64,000 nt of DNA, taken from assembly GCA_030673645.1 (NCBI GenBank), contig DAOVIO010000006.1, positions 5,027 through 69,026 of the forward strand. The letters are read 5' to 3'. The stretch is from Bacteroidales bacterium. Lineage in GTDB: Bacteria > Bacteroidota > Bacteroidia > Bacteroidales > GCA-2748055. Both the position numbers and the translations under genes were made by a program. Shown here piece after piece: positions 38,416-47,680 of this stretch; positions within the stretch are counted from its first letter, which is position 1, and every line of letters begins with the position of its first letter. Under the pieces are notes generated by a model. That model saw only the letters and a list, made by a program, of their open reading frames with translations, searched no databases and had not been told where the DNA came from.

Positions 38416-40191
38416 CTAATTATTTTCTAAATTTTTAATTCTCTCCAGAACTTCGAGATAACCAACATAATCCTCATCATCCTCTGGAGCCATAAACCAG
38501 TCGGCTCCAATTTTTAATGATTGAAGCATTAGAGTTGTATCTCCAAAATCTCCATAAAGATCTGCCAGATCAAAATGCAGTTCGGCATCATTTGGGACTA
38601 TACTTATACCAGCCATCAGTGCTTCAATTGCTTTCGGGAGATCATTCATTTTTTCAAAAATTTCTGAACGATATTCTGCGGCGTCCGGGCTGTCTGCTGT
38701 AACCTCCTCAAGTCTATCGGTCCATAATAATGCCTCATCCCAATTTTCAAGTTCAATATATATATCAATCAGGGCCTCATAAGTATCTGGAAATTGTGGA
38801 ATTTCTTCATAGGTTTCCAATGCAAGTCCTTTTGCTTTATCAAAATCACCAAGTCCAACATAACAATTGGCCATCAGTCCTTTAGCAATCAAACAATTTG
38901 GATCTTTTTCCAATGCCCATTCAAACTTTGCTATTGCTTCTTCATACAACTCATCGTCTCCGAATAGATCATCACCCTCTTCAACTGCTTCAGCTACATC
39001 CAGGCTAACATCAGCCATAGTTTCAAATGTTAACATTCCTTCTTTATATGACTCCACTGAAGAAGGATCTTTTTTGTCAAGTACAAACTCATCTAGAATC
39101 TCTCCATTAAGCATTGTATGTTTGTAACTCATTACAGATCCATCAATTTCAATACTGGTAAATCCAAAGACCCTTTTTGCTATTTTGGTAAAATTACTGG
39201 GGATTACATATCTCATTGGGGTTCCTCCGTTTCCACAAACTATATAAGTGATAGGCATATTTGCATTTTCACCTATTATGGGAAGGCTACGTTCATAGTG
39301 GTGATCGTGTCCGTTCAGAACCATGTCAACATTATATTCATTGAAAATAGGTACAACAAGATCTTTAATTTTTATCCTCGTATCACTATAATATTGCCCA
39401 CCTGAAGAATACGGTGGGTGATGTTGGAGTACAAATCGCCAGGTCTGATGTTGGTTTTCTTTCAGATCATTTACCAACCATTTTACTTGTTCATCATCAT
39501 CCAGTAAAAATTCCTCGTCAGAACTTAAAATAATAAAATGAGCATTCCCGAAATCAAATGAATACCAACCCTTATTATCAGAAGGTGGAGTAAAATAATT
39601 ATAATAATTTGGGTCATTATCTTCATGATTTCCCTGGATGGTAAATATTGGTATATGGCTGATCATATTCCGTGTAGGAGTGAAAAATAATTTTTCCCAT
39701 TGCTTATGCACTCTACCCCGATCCACTAAGTCTCCATTATGTAATACAAAATCTGCGTCACTTACAGATATGAGATTTGCTACTTTTTCATGATTAAAAG
39801 GGCCATTTTTATTATCGCCGTATACAGCAAATGAAAAAGGAGAATCTTTTTCTACAGCTGTATTAAAATGAAAGATTTCACTCTTTTTACCTGCACTTTC
39901 AACCTGATAGAAGTACTTCGTATCAGTTTCAAGTCCGGATAGAACTACTTCGTGGAGTTTAGCATTTTTATTATCGGACAATTCAGTACCAAGTTCTTCA
40001 GTCTTCCCATAAAAAACGGTGCCATCGGATACGACAACGCCTTCCCAGGAAATATTAATACCGTCCATGCTTACATTCTGTACATAAGGTCCAACATAAA
40101 AAGTATGGGGTACGTCTTCCTTACAAGAACTGAGTAATACCAGTCCAAAAAAGGTAATGAAAAATAAGATTTGTCTTTTAATCTGTTTCAT
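38416..40191 (-). CDS. lipoprotein metallophosphoesterase (purple-acid-phosphatase-like) fused to C-terminal TPR repeats
   Basis: Lipobox LLSSC. Fn3-like PAP N-domain (YVQNVSMDGINISWEG...TKYFYQV). Metallophosphatase motifs GDNKNG, GDLVDRG, GNHE, HHPPY, GHDHHYERS. The last ~200 aa are TPR-like (AIAKFEWALEKDPNC..., ANCYVGLGDFDKA...). Confidence 0.8.
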   Translation of the reverse strand: MKQIKRQILFFITFFGLVLLSSCKEDVPHTFYVGPYVQNVSMDGINISWEGVVVSDGTVFYGKTEELGTELSDNKNAKLHEVVLSGLETDTKYFYQVESAGKKSEIFHFNTAVEKDSPFSFAVYGDNKNGPFNHEKVANLISVSDADFVLHNGDLVDRGRVHKQWEKLFFTPTRNMISHIPIFTIQGNHEDNDPNYYNYFTPPSDNKGWYSFDFGNAHFIILSSDEEFLLDDDEQVKWLVNDLKENQHQTWRFVLQHHPPYSSGGQYYSDTRIKIKDLVVPIFNEYNVDMVLNGHDHHYERSLPIIGENANMPITYIVCGNGGTPMRYVIPSNFTKIAKRVFGFTSIEIDGSVMSYKHTMLNGEILDEFVLDKKDPSSVESYKEGMLTFETMADVSLDVAEAVEEGDDLFGDDELYEEAIAKFEWALEKDPNCLIAKGLMANCYVGLGDFDKAKGLALETYEEIPQFPDTYEALIDIYIELENWDEALLWTDRLEEVTADSPDAAEYRSEIFEKMNDLPKAIEALMAGISIVPNDAELHFDLADLYGDFGDTTLMLQSLKIGADWFMAPEDDEDYVGYLEVLERIKNLENN

Positions 40192-40202
40192 AATAATCTA
40201 TT

Positions 40203-42074
40203 TTATAAGGTTTTGATATTAAAACTATATTGAACATTCTCTAATATTGATGTTGGAGGAAATTCTGTTGTGATAATGATAGGTACCGCCTGAAGAGCAG
40301 GATAAACAGCCCAGTAGTTATCTTTTCTCCCGATTTCCATTTTTACACCCTCAGTTTCGAGTTCCATAATAATCTCTGTAGAGCCGTCTGATATCTTAAT
40401 TAAGATATCTGAAATTTGTTCAATATTTGTCTTTTCATGTAGAATAATGGGCTCAATAATCCTCACATTTTTGAATTCATCATGGAATCTTATTGAAGTC
40501 GATTTTCTTATCACATCATCCGAAAACATATATTTGATACCATATCCTATTCCTCCTTCTTTTTGATCTCTGTTTTTCAACTCCCCATAAGCTGATATGT
40601 TATATATCCCATTTCCTTGATTGAAATCTGATGTAGCATCAAATTCATACAAATTAGTAAAGTATCCTTTATCATTTTTAAATTCTATTCTAGGTGTTAA
40701 GATCTCTATGCTATCAGCTACGGGAAAAGACATTGGCTCCCATCTGTGATATTCAGTTTGAGATGAGGCAGTCAGAAAACCATAATTACGAATAGACAGA
40801 TTAGAAATAGTGCCACCAGTAGGTCTGTGCATATACTTACTTTTTGGCCCTTTCGGATCTTTATAACCATAAGTTGTAAATGTCGCATTGTAATTATTAG
40901 TACTAATTGTTGCTACATTCAAGGTTGGGAAAATTTCAATTCCCGTTGATTCAGAAGGAAGTTTTTTATAAGGTGCAGATTCTGAATTAGTATAACTATG
41001 GGCCATTGCCAGATTTTTCGCTTTAGTAAAAGTTGGATAAATGCAAGGAGGATAATCCATGACCCTCCAGTGGTGCGGACCGTAACCTACTATTCCATCT
41101 TTCATACAGGTTTTAAGGTATTCCAAATTTCGAATTGAGGCATTTGAATAGACAGGATCTTCATCCGAAAACAAGCTGAATAGAACCTGAGAACCGTCAG
41201 ATGTAGCACCACCAAAACAAGTCCATTTATTCGATCTGATTCCCCAGGAAGCGTCTAAAGAACCATCAGGGTAGATAAAATGTATGTGTCTTTTCAGCGA
41301 TTGCCGGATTTTGTCCATAACTATTGAGTCATTATTCAATCTGGCATAAATAGTCATTCCCCATAAAGACATCTCCATATTATAGCCTAAATCAACTCCA
41401 TATTTAATATTAAAGACTCTTCCACCCTCACCAGTGATAAAGTAATCATCATCCATTTTTGCAATAACTCTTGTTGCCAGAGCCTCAGCTTTATCAGAAT
41501 ATTTTTCATCGGGAAATAATTGATATAATGTCATCAAAGTTGCACAAGTAGTTGCAACATAATTAATGCTGGCAAATTCCGGACTCATTACTTCTGTAAG
41601 GTAATTACCTGCATTTTTCATCGAGAAAAGCCACTCCTGATCTTCTTTTTCAGTAAGAAATTCCTTTAAAATTGGGTAAGCCTTTAGCATCATTAATAGC
41701 TGATCTGTAGAAGTCCCTGTCCAATCTTCAGGTGTTTCCTGCCATGAACCGTCTGGATACTGCTGACGAATTAACCAATTTCCCAAAGCTATTGCTGATT
41801 CCCTATATTCAACATCCCCATTTATTGCATATTGATATGCAAAAGGATATACCGCTTCCGCTGCTCTTGTATGATAAAGCTCACACAGAGGACAATCTAT
41901 TGCTCCATAATGTTGATCAGTAGTATCAAGATTCTGCAAATTAAGAAGCGCATGATTTAATATTCCCAATGTAGAAATATATTGCTCTTTTACTTCTATT
42001 TCCTTAATCTCATTGGGTATATTACTACAAGAGGTAAATAAAATTAATCCAATGTATAAAAATAATTTTCTCAT
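40203..42074 (-). CDS. uncharacterised lipoprotein, alpha/alpha-toroid-like N-domain plus beta-rich C-domain
   Basis: Lipobox LFTSC. QW-like repeat RQQYPDGSWQE and a helical-repeat N-half. C-terminal ~250 aa are beta-strand-rich. No family confidently recognised. Confidence 0.55.
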   Translation of the reverse strand: MRKLFLYIGLILFTSCSNIPNEIKEIEVKEQYISTLGILNHALLNLQNLDTTDQHYGAIDCPLCELYHTRAAEAVYPFAYQYAINGDVEYRESAIALGNWLIRQQYPDGSWQETPEDWTGTSTDQLLMMLKAYPILKEFLTEKEDQEWLFSMKNAGNYLTEVMSPEFASINYVATTCATLMTLYQLFPDEKYSDKAEALATRVIAKMDDDYFITGEGGRVFNIKYGVDLGYNMEMSLWGMTIYARLNNDSIVMDKIRQSLKRHIHFIYPDGSLDASWGIRSNKWTCFGGATSDGSQVLFSLFSDEDPVYSNASIRNLEYLKTCMKDGIVGYGPHHWRVMDYPPCIYPTFTKAKNLAMAHSYTNSESAPYKKLPSESTGIEIFPTLNVATISTNNYNATFTTYGYKDPKGPKSKYMHRPTGGTISNLSIRNYGFLTASSQTEYHRWEPMSFPVADSIEILTPRIEFKNDKGYFTNLYEFDATSDFNQGNGIYNISAYGELKNRDQKEGGIGYGIKYMFSDDVIRKSTSIRFHDEFKNVRIIEPIILHEKTNIEQISDILIKISDGSTEIIMELETEGVKMEIGRKDNYWAVYPALQAVPIIITTEFPPTSILENVQYSFNIKTL

Positions 42075-42082
42075 AACATTAA

Positions 42083-43192
42083 TTAATATGCCTGAGTAAT
42101 ATCTTTGTTTTCAGGCAGATCTAATAATGAACATACCTTATGGAATATTTCTGTATTTTCATAAATGCCACCAAAATTCTCCGAGCCTGACCCATAAGCA
42201 AACACTGGAACCATAACACCTGTATTACCATCAGTTGAAAAATGAGCCTCCACTTCGCCTGTTTCATAATTTCCATCAAGAATTGTAACTCCTCCTGATT
42301 CATGATCTGCTGTTACCACTACCAAAGTTCCTGGATTATTATCGGCAAAGTCAAATGCTATTCCAACCACTTCATCAAAGTCTATGGTTTCGGCTAGCAG
42401 ATATTCAAGGTTATTTTCCACTCCAGCAAATTCAATTTGCGAGCCTTCCACCATTAGAAGAAAGCCATCCGGATTTGTTATCAAAGTTTCAAGTGCAAGT
42501 TCCACAGATTTACTCATCATCTCACCACTTCCTTTGTGTGCTTCCTCAACATTATTATTGTCGACCAAAACTGCAAGTTTATCTGATGGCTTTGCTTCAT
42601 CAATGTCATAATAAACTGTGAAGCCTTTCCTTTGTAACTGTTGTGTTAAATCTAAACCGTCAGCTCTGGATTCAAAATACATTAATCCTCCTCCAATAAA
42701 CAGATCAATAGGAGATTGAATGAATTCATGTGCAAGAGTCTCTAATGATTTCAGGTCACAACCATGAACGATAAAAGCTGCAGGAGTTGAATGTAGTATC
42801 GAACTGCTGGTAATTAACCCGGTACTCATTCCTTTGAAGGCAGAAAGCTCAATGATGTTAGGATGAGCCTTCCCAATATCATCAATACCCAGCGAACCAT
42901 TATTTGCTTTTTTACCTATTGCAATTGCAGAAGCTCCTGCTCTGGAATCTGTCACATATTTATTAGCAGATCCTGTCAAGGAAAAACCACAAACTTGAGC
43001 TCTTGACATATTCAAACTCCCTTTATTTGCTGTGAGAGCAGCATGCACTGTGGCAACCCCCATGCCATCGCCAATCATCAAAATGACATTCTTTGTCTCC
43101 TGCTTATCTTTAATCAAATTTTCATAAGATTGATTTCCACAAGAATTGAATATCATTGAAAGAACAAAGAACATAAATGCCAGTCTTTTCAT
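42083..43192 (-). CDS. alkaline-phosphatase-family lipoprotein with non-canonical metal site
   Basis: Lipobox FNSC. AP motifs LMIGDGMG, YVTDSRAGASA, HSTPAAF, VEG, VVTADHE. The positions aligned by eye to E. coli PhoA R166, D327, H331 and H412 read L, E, V and N. Confidence 0.7.
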   Translation of the reverse strand: MKRLAFMFFVLSMIFNSCGNQSYENLIKDKQETKNVILMIGDGMGVATVHAALTANKGSLNMSRAQVCGFSLTGSANKYVTDSRAGASAIAIGKKANNGSLGIDDIGKAHPNIIELSAFKGMSTGLITSSSILHSTPAAFIVHGCDLKSLETLAHEFIQSPIDLFIGGGLMYFESRADGLDLTQQLQRKGFTVYYDIDEAKPSDKLAVLVDNNNVEEAHKGSGEMMSKSVELALETLITNPDGFLLMVEGSQIEFAGVENNLEYLLAETIDFDEVVGIAFDFADNNPGTLVVVTADHESGGVTILDGNYETGEVEAHFSTDGNTGVMVPVFAYGSGSENFGGIYENTEIFHKVCSLLDLPENKDITQAY

Positions 43193-43237
43193 TATGTTAC
43201 AATTTTAATTGAAAAATCAATATTTATCTATTTATCA

Positions 43238-44422
43238 TTAAATCCCATTATTAACAAACTCAGCTACAGGAACTACATATACTTGTGGTATTCCTGATTT
43301 ATCTGAAGTATATCCAATATATTTTCCTGAGGAACTGAAAAAGGGGTGTACATGTGAAAATTTCCCATCTCCAGAATCCATTGACGAATTCGGCCAGTCA
43401 ATAATTTTTGATTTTCCTGTTTCGAGATTAATAAGTGTTAGGGGATTCGTTCCCGGCTCCTGGGAATCGGAAATAAACCACTTACCTGAGACATCAGAAA
43501 TGCCATGCCCAAGTCTTACAGTATCTGAGCCATAATATACTATTTCATTATTCCCATTTTTATCCATTGAATAAATTGAAACAGGTAACCAACCTGGCAC
43601 AGTTTTTTGAAAGAAAAAGAACTTTTCTCCATCGGTTGACCATGTTTCATGAGTAGCTCTGAAACCTTTTTCTCGAGTAAGAAATTGCCTCACTATTCCG
43701 GAAGAGAGATCAATTATCCAGTTTCTGGCTCGTAATTCCTGAGGCAAACTCATATCATTCTGAGTATCAGGTCCCGGAACAAAGCTTATTAAATCAGGGT
43801 ATACAGGGTTAATAAGTGGATGAGAGATTCTTCCACCTATTTTCTCATGAGCAAGAATAATTTCATCGGTGCTCAGGTTGACTCTGAATATCTTATTTGA
43901 TTCCTCTTCTACCGATGAGAACAGAGTGTATTCTCCATTGTTGGTGAATGAACCAGAAAATCTAATTCTTCCTGATATTCTTCCCTTTATATCGAACAAA
44001 ATTTCCTCCTTTTTGCTTTCAATATTTGTGGCATAAAGTTTCCCCTCATCAAAATAGCAAACCTGTTGTCCATCTGGATGAACAGTATAATCATCATCGT
44101 GAATTAACCTTCCCTCCGGAGATAAAACAGTATAGTTTCCTGTATTCAAATCTACTCGATAAAGCTTCCAGTCACCGGATCGCACTGAAGAATAAATGAA
44201 ATACTTATCATCACCGGAAAATGCCTGGCGTTCAAAGTAACATGCAACGCTGGCAGAATCGTGGTTTGTTAATTGCCATACTTCCACGCCGGTTCTGGCA
44301 TCAGTGGTTTTAATCCACTCGGGAGGATAATTGATAGAATCCGACTCATTACAAGCCAATAAAAAAGAGAGAATTAGGAAGAACATAAAAAAGTTAACAT
44401 TTTTTCTATTGTAATTGCTCAT
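43238..44422 (-). CDS. beta-propeller lipoprotein, oligogalacturonide-lyase (PL22)-like
   Basis: Lipobox LLAC. TDARTGVEVWQLTN...YFERQAFSGDDKYFIYSS...WKLYRVDLNTG follows the N-terminal pattern of oligogalacturonate lyases. A TolB/DPP-IV-type propeller cannot be excluded. Confidence 0.5.
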   Translation of the reverse strand: MSNYNRKNVNFFMFFLILSFLLACNESDSINYPPEWIKTTDARTGVEVWQLTNHDSASVACYFERQAFSGDDKYFIYSSVRSGDWKLYRVDLNTGNYTVLSPEGRLIHDDDYTVHPDGQQVCYFDEGKLYATNIESKKEEILFDIKGRISGRIRFSGSFTNNGEYTLFSSVEEESNKIFRVNLSTDEIILAHEKIGGRISHPLINPVYPDLISFVPGPDTQNDMSLPQELRARNWIIDLSSGIVRQFLTREKGFRATHETWSTDGEKFFFFQKTVPGWLPVSIYSMDKNGNNEIVYYGSDTVRLGHGISDVSGKWFISDSQEPGTNPLTLINLETGKSKIIDWPNSSMDSGDGKFSHVHPFFSSSGKYIGYTSDKSGIPQVYVVPVAEFVNNGI

Positions 44423-45791
44423 CTTCTAATATATTATTTGTATAATCCATTCCGTTTATTTGAATATTTTCAACTTTCAGGCTCCCAACATTCTCAGTTT
44501 TAAATGCTGATGTGGCATTGTTAACCGTCACATTTTTAATGTTAATATTTTGAAGAGGTTTTTCTTCTGAACCAATTAAGGAAATACCATATTCTTCTGC
44601 ATTTTCACAAACTATGTTTTCAATAAACACATTCCTGAATTGTGGAGGATGACCTTCTCCTTCATTTTTATAGTTTGAATCTATCAGAATTGCGGATCTG
44701 GCATTTTGAAACTCGATATTTCTGACATAAATATTTTCCACGATTCCACCTCTGTCTTTGTTTCCTTTCAAATAAATACCATAAACAACATCTCCTGCAA
44801 ATCCGCAATCTTCAATAAAAATATTATTTACACCTCCCGACATCTCACTTCCAACTGCAAAAGAGTTTAGCCCTTTAAAATTGCAGTTTCTGATAATGAT
44901 ATTTTTAGATTCACGCTTTAGTGTTCGCGCTTCCAAATCTCTTCCTGATTTAATAGCAATATTGTCATCCATATTACTAAACTCAATATTCTCAATAAGA
45001 ACATTCTCACATGATTCTGCATCTATTCCATCATTATTAGGATTTTGCGCATCATATCTTACTTTTCTGACAATAATATTTTTAGAAAAAATTACATGAA
45101 TGCACCAGAATGGTGAATCTGTGATTATTATGTCTTCAATCAGAATATTTTCACACTCATAGAACTGCACCATATGTGGTCTTAAAAAATGTCCTTCACC
45201 AAAAATTCTATCTTCCAGCGGAACATTTGTATTATTCATTTTTCTGCTAAGAAGTTTATCCGGATTCTGGATTTTTTTCCAGGCCGACCATGTTTCTGCA
45301 GCTTCTCCATCAATTTCCCCTTTACCCGAAATGATTATATTTTTTTTGTTAATAGCATAAATAAAGGGTGAATAATTATATATTCTTGTTCCTTCCCAAC
45401 TGGTTAATACATTCGGCAAATAATCTTTAGGGTCAGAACTAAAGAATAATCTGGCTCCTTCTTCAAGGTGAAGATTTATATTGCTTTCAAGGTGTAAGGG
45501 TCCTTTCATAAAATAATTTCCTTCCGGGACAATTATTTTCCCACCTCCATTTTCAGTGCAGTGCTCTATAATTTCATGAAAAGCCTGAATATTATCAAAC
45601 CTTCCATCTCCAATTCCTCCAAAATCGAGCAAATTGAAGTTATTATCCTGAATAACTGGCTCAGTAATCTGATTAAGTATAGTTTCAACTTTATCCCATC
45701 CTGATGGCTCAGCATTCTCGACTTTTTGCTTACAGGCTGAAAAATTAATTAGAAGTAAAATTCCGGCAAAGATTAATATCTTATTCTTCAT
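44406..45791 (-). CDS. glycoside hydrolase family 28 (polygalacturonase-like) lipoprotein
   Basis: GH28 motifs NPNNDGID, MDDNIAIKSG, AVGSEMSGG, GNKDRGG. The lipoprotein signal MKNKILIFAGILLLINFSAC starts at ATG 45791, whereas the track extension begins with TTG. Confidence 0.85.
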   Translation of the reverse strand: MKNKILIFAGILLLINFSACKQKVENAEPSGWDKVETILNQITEPVIQDNNFNLLDFGGIGDGRFDNIQAFHEIIEHCTENGGGKIIVPEGNYFMKGPLHLESNINLHLEEGARLFFSSDPKDYLPNVLTSWEGTRIYNYSPFIYAINKKNIIISGKGEIDGEAAETWSAWKKIQNPDKLLSRKMNNTNVPLEDRIFGEGHFLRPHMVQFYECENILIEDIIITDSPFWCIHVIFSKNIIVRKVRYDAQNPNNDGIDAESCENVLIENIEFSNMDDNIAIKSGRDLEARTLKRESKNIIIRNCNFKGLNSFAVGSEMSGGVNNIFIEDCGFAGDVVYGIYLKGNKDRGGIVENIYVRNIEFQNARSAILIDSNYKNEGEGHPPQFRNVFIENIVCENAEEYGISLIGSEEKPLQNINIKNVTVNNATSAFKTENVGSLKVENIQINGMDYTNNILEDEQLQ

Positions 45792-45795
45792 ACAT

Positions 45796-47550
45796 TTAGT
45801 TTTTATTTTCAATTAATTGTAATATCTCCATTCCGGCATTTATTACCGCCCCCAGACCTCGTGGATCATGATCGGGAGTATTACGTTTTTTGTAAAAATC
45901 AGGGTCTGTACTCATCGATGTTCCCTGACAAATACCAGTAACCGTTCCATCATTAGCGATCTTTGATGCCACAGCTCCCCATGTAATTTCGGCTGTCTCT
46001 ATATAAGTTTTATCAAGCCATCCCATGTTTATTCCTCTGCTCATTGCCAGTGATAATAAGGCCGTTGAAGAGGTCTCTTCAAAAGTTTCAGAATCATCAA
46101 TTATCTGATGCAGAAAGCCGTTTGAATTTTGATGCTTTAGAAGTGCGGAAATGTGTTTTTTATAATACCTGAGTATTGGTTTATAATCTGAATGATCAAC
46201 TGGTAAGTCTTTCAATACTTCTGAAACTCCCCATATTAGCCATCCATTTGCTCTGCTCCAAAAAGGCATAACATTTGAGGGATTTGAATGGCAATACCCG
46301 TGATGACATAAGCCAGTTTTCTTGTCCATGAGAAGTTCATAGAAAAGGAGGATCTGATTTGCTGCTTCATCAATATATTTCTCATCTCCCGTTAATTCTC
46401 CGTACATCATGAAAAAAGGAGCACTCATGAATAAATCATCTGCCCAAACGGTCTTTTCCCAGGGCTCAGGTCTGCACAGAATACCACTTGGTAATCTGCT
46501 TTGCCCGTTTAAGACATAATCAGCTATTTTATGAATCAAGTCTTCCGCCTCGGGAAGTTTATTCTCATTAAGTAAAGAAATGAATGGCAGAGCCGGAGCA
46601 GGTGCATCGTCTAACATTGCCATTCTAAAAATTCGATTATTAAAACCATGAATATCATATAATTCATGAAATTGATACTCAAAAACCGGTAGGTTCTCAA
46701 TAGTAAAATCACAATATTTTTCAACAAATCCTGTGTAATCGGGCATTTGGGTAAATCGGGCAAAATTCAAAACAGACCACAATGTTGCTCCAGTGGAATA
46801 GTGCCATTCATTGTATGGGTGCTTAGTAAATGATGCGTTATCAGGTGGTTTAACCCTGATTGTCAATTTCTGCGGGAATGTCTTCCAGGATAGAAAGCCA
46901 TCCTCAACAGAATAAAAAGGTAAAATTCCGTTTTCAACTGAAGGTGTAGGAAGATTTTCCTGCGAAAAAGGTCCAATCGTAATCCATGGGGTTTCAAATT
47001 CAAGATTAAAGAGATTTAAACTGAAATGAACATCATCGTTTAAAAATCCATTTTTATGTGTGGCTACAATTCCAAATTTTGCGTCATTGATATGCTCGTG
47101 CCTGACAAGAATGTCATTTACCCCCTTATTTAATAAAACGGAAATGACCGTATCTGATTTATAAATATCGTACGCTATTTCCTTGAATATAAATTCTTTG
47201 AATTCGAGTTGTCTGAATACTAATTCTTTATTTATCCAAATAGAAATTGGTGAGTTCGAAGACAATGAAAAATGAATACTTTCATTGTTTGCAGATTCAA
47301 TTTGAGAATAGGAGTACTGAATTTCTTTGTGCGAAAAATCTGAGAAATCTAATATCTGATAAGAATTAGTATTATTAAGGAGTCGAAAAGAGAATTCAAA
47401 ATTTGTATCCCGAATTATTTTATCAATTACACTATTGGTGACCTCTTTAATTTCATCTGAGTTCAGAACTCCATTGTATTGAGAGAATGATGAAGAGCTA
47501 AATACAAGTATGAAAATACTAATGAAACAATATTTAAGACTTCGGCTCAT
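45796..47550 (-). CDS. glycoside hydrolase family 105/88 (unsaturated rhamnogalacturonyl/glucuronyl hydrolase) with ~230-aa N-terminal extra domain
   Basis: VWADDLFMSAPFF (W-x-D-D/G-x-x-M catalytic region) and YteR-like (alpha/alpha)6 helices from about aa 235 onward. Signal peptide present. The N-terminal beta-rich module is unassigned. Confidence 0.8.
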   Translation of the reverse strand: MSRSLKYCFISIFILVFSSSSFSQYNGVLNSDEIKEVTNSVIDKIIRDTNFEFSFRLLNNTNSYQILDFSDFSHKEIQYSYSQIESANNESIHFSLSSNSPISIWINKELVFRQLEFKEFIFKEIAYDIYKSDTVISVLLNKGVNDILVRHEHINDAKFGIVATHKNGFLNDDVHFSLNLFNLEFETPWITIGPFSQENLPTPSVENGILPFYSVEDGFLSWKTFPQKLTIRVKPPDNASFTKHPYNEWHYSTGATLWSVLNFARFTQMPDYTGFVEKYCDFTIENLPVFEYQFHELYDIHGFNNRIFRMAMLDDAPAPALPFISLLNENKLPEAEDLIHKIADYVLNGQSRLPSGILCRPEPWEKTVWADDLFMSAPFFMMYGELTGDEKYIDEAANQILLFYELLMDKKTGLCHHGYCHSNPSNVMPFWSRANGWLIWGVSEVLKDLPVDHSDYKPILRYYKKHISALLKHQNSNGFLHQIIDDSETFEETSSTALLSLAMSRGINMGWLDKTYIETAEITWGAVASKIANDGTVTGICQGTSMSTDPDFYKKRNTPDHDPRGLGAVINAGMEILQLIENKN

Positions 47551-47564
47551 ATAGATATTTATTT

Positions 47565-47614
47565 AAAAATTATCGGATGTTATTCATTTAAACAAACATA
47601 TAACACCCGATAAT
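47565..47614 (-). terminator. intercistronic hairpin (partial terminator/attenuator) between the T9SS cargo gene and GH105
   Basis: 15-bp stem with one mismatch (attatcgggtgttat / ataacatccgataat on the minus strand) followed by TTTT. It ends only ~15 nt before the GH105 ATG. Confidence 0.45.
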
Positions 47615-47680
47615 TATTTAATAAGAAATTATGCTCCTTGTTATGTCAAGCTATAATCACTTATTCCATAATACAAAGTA

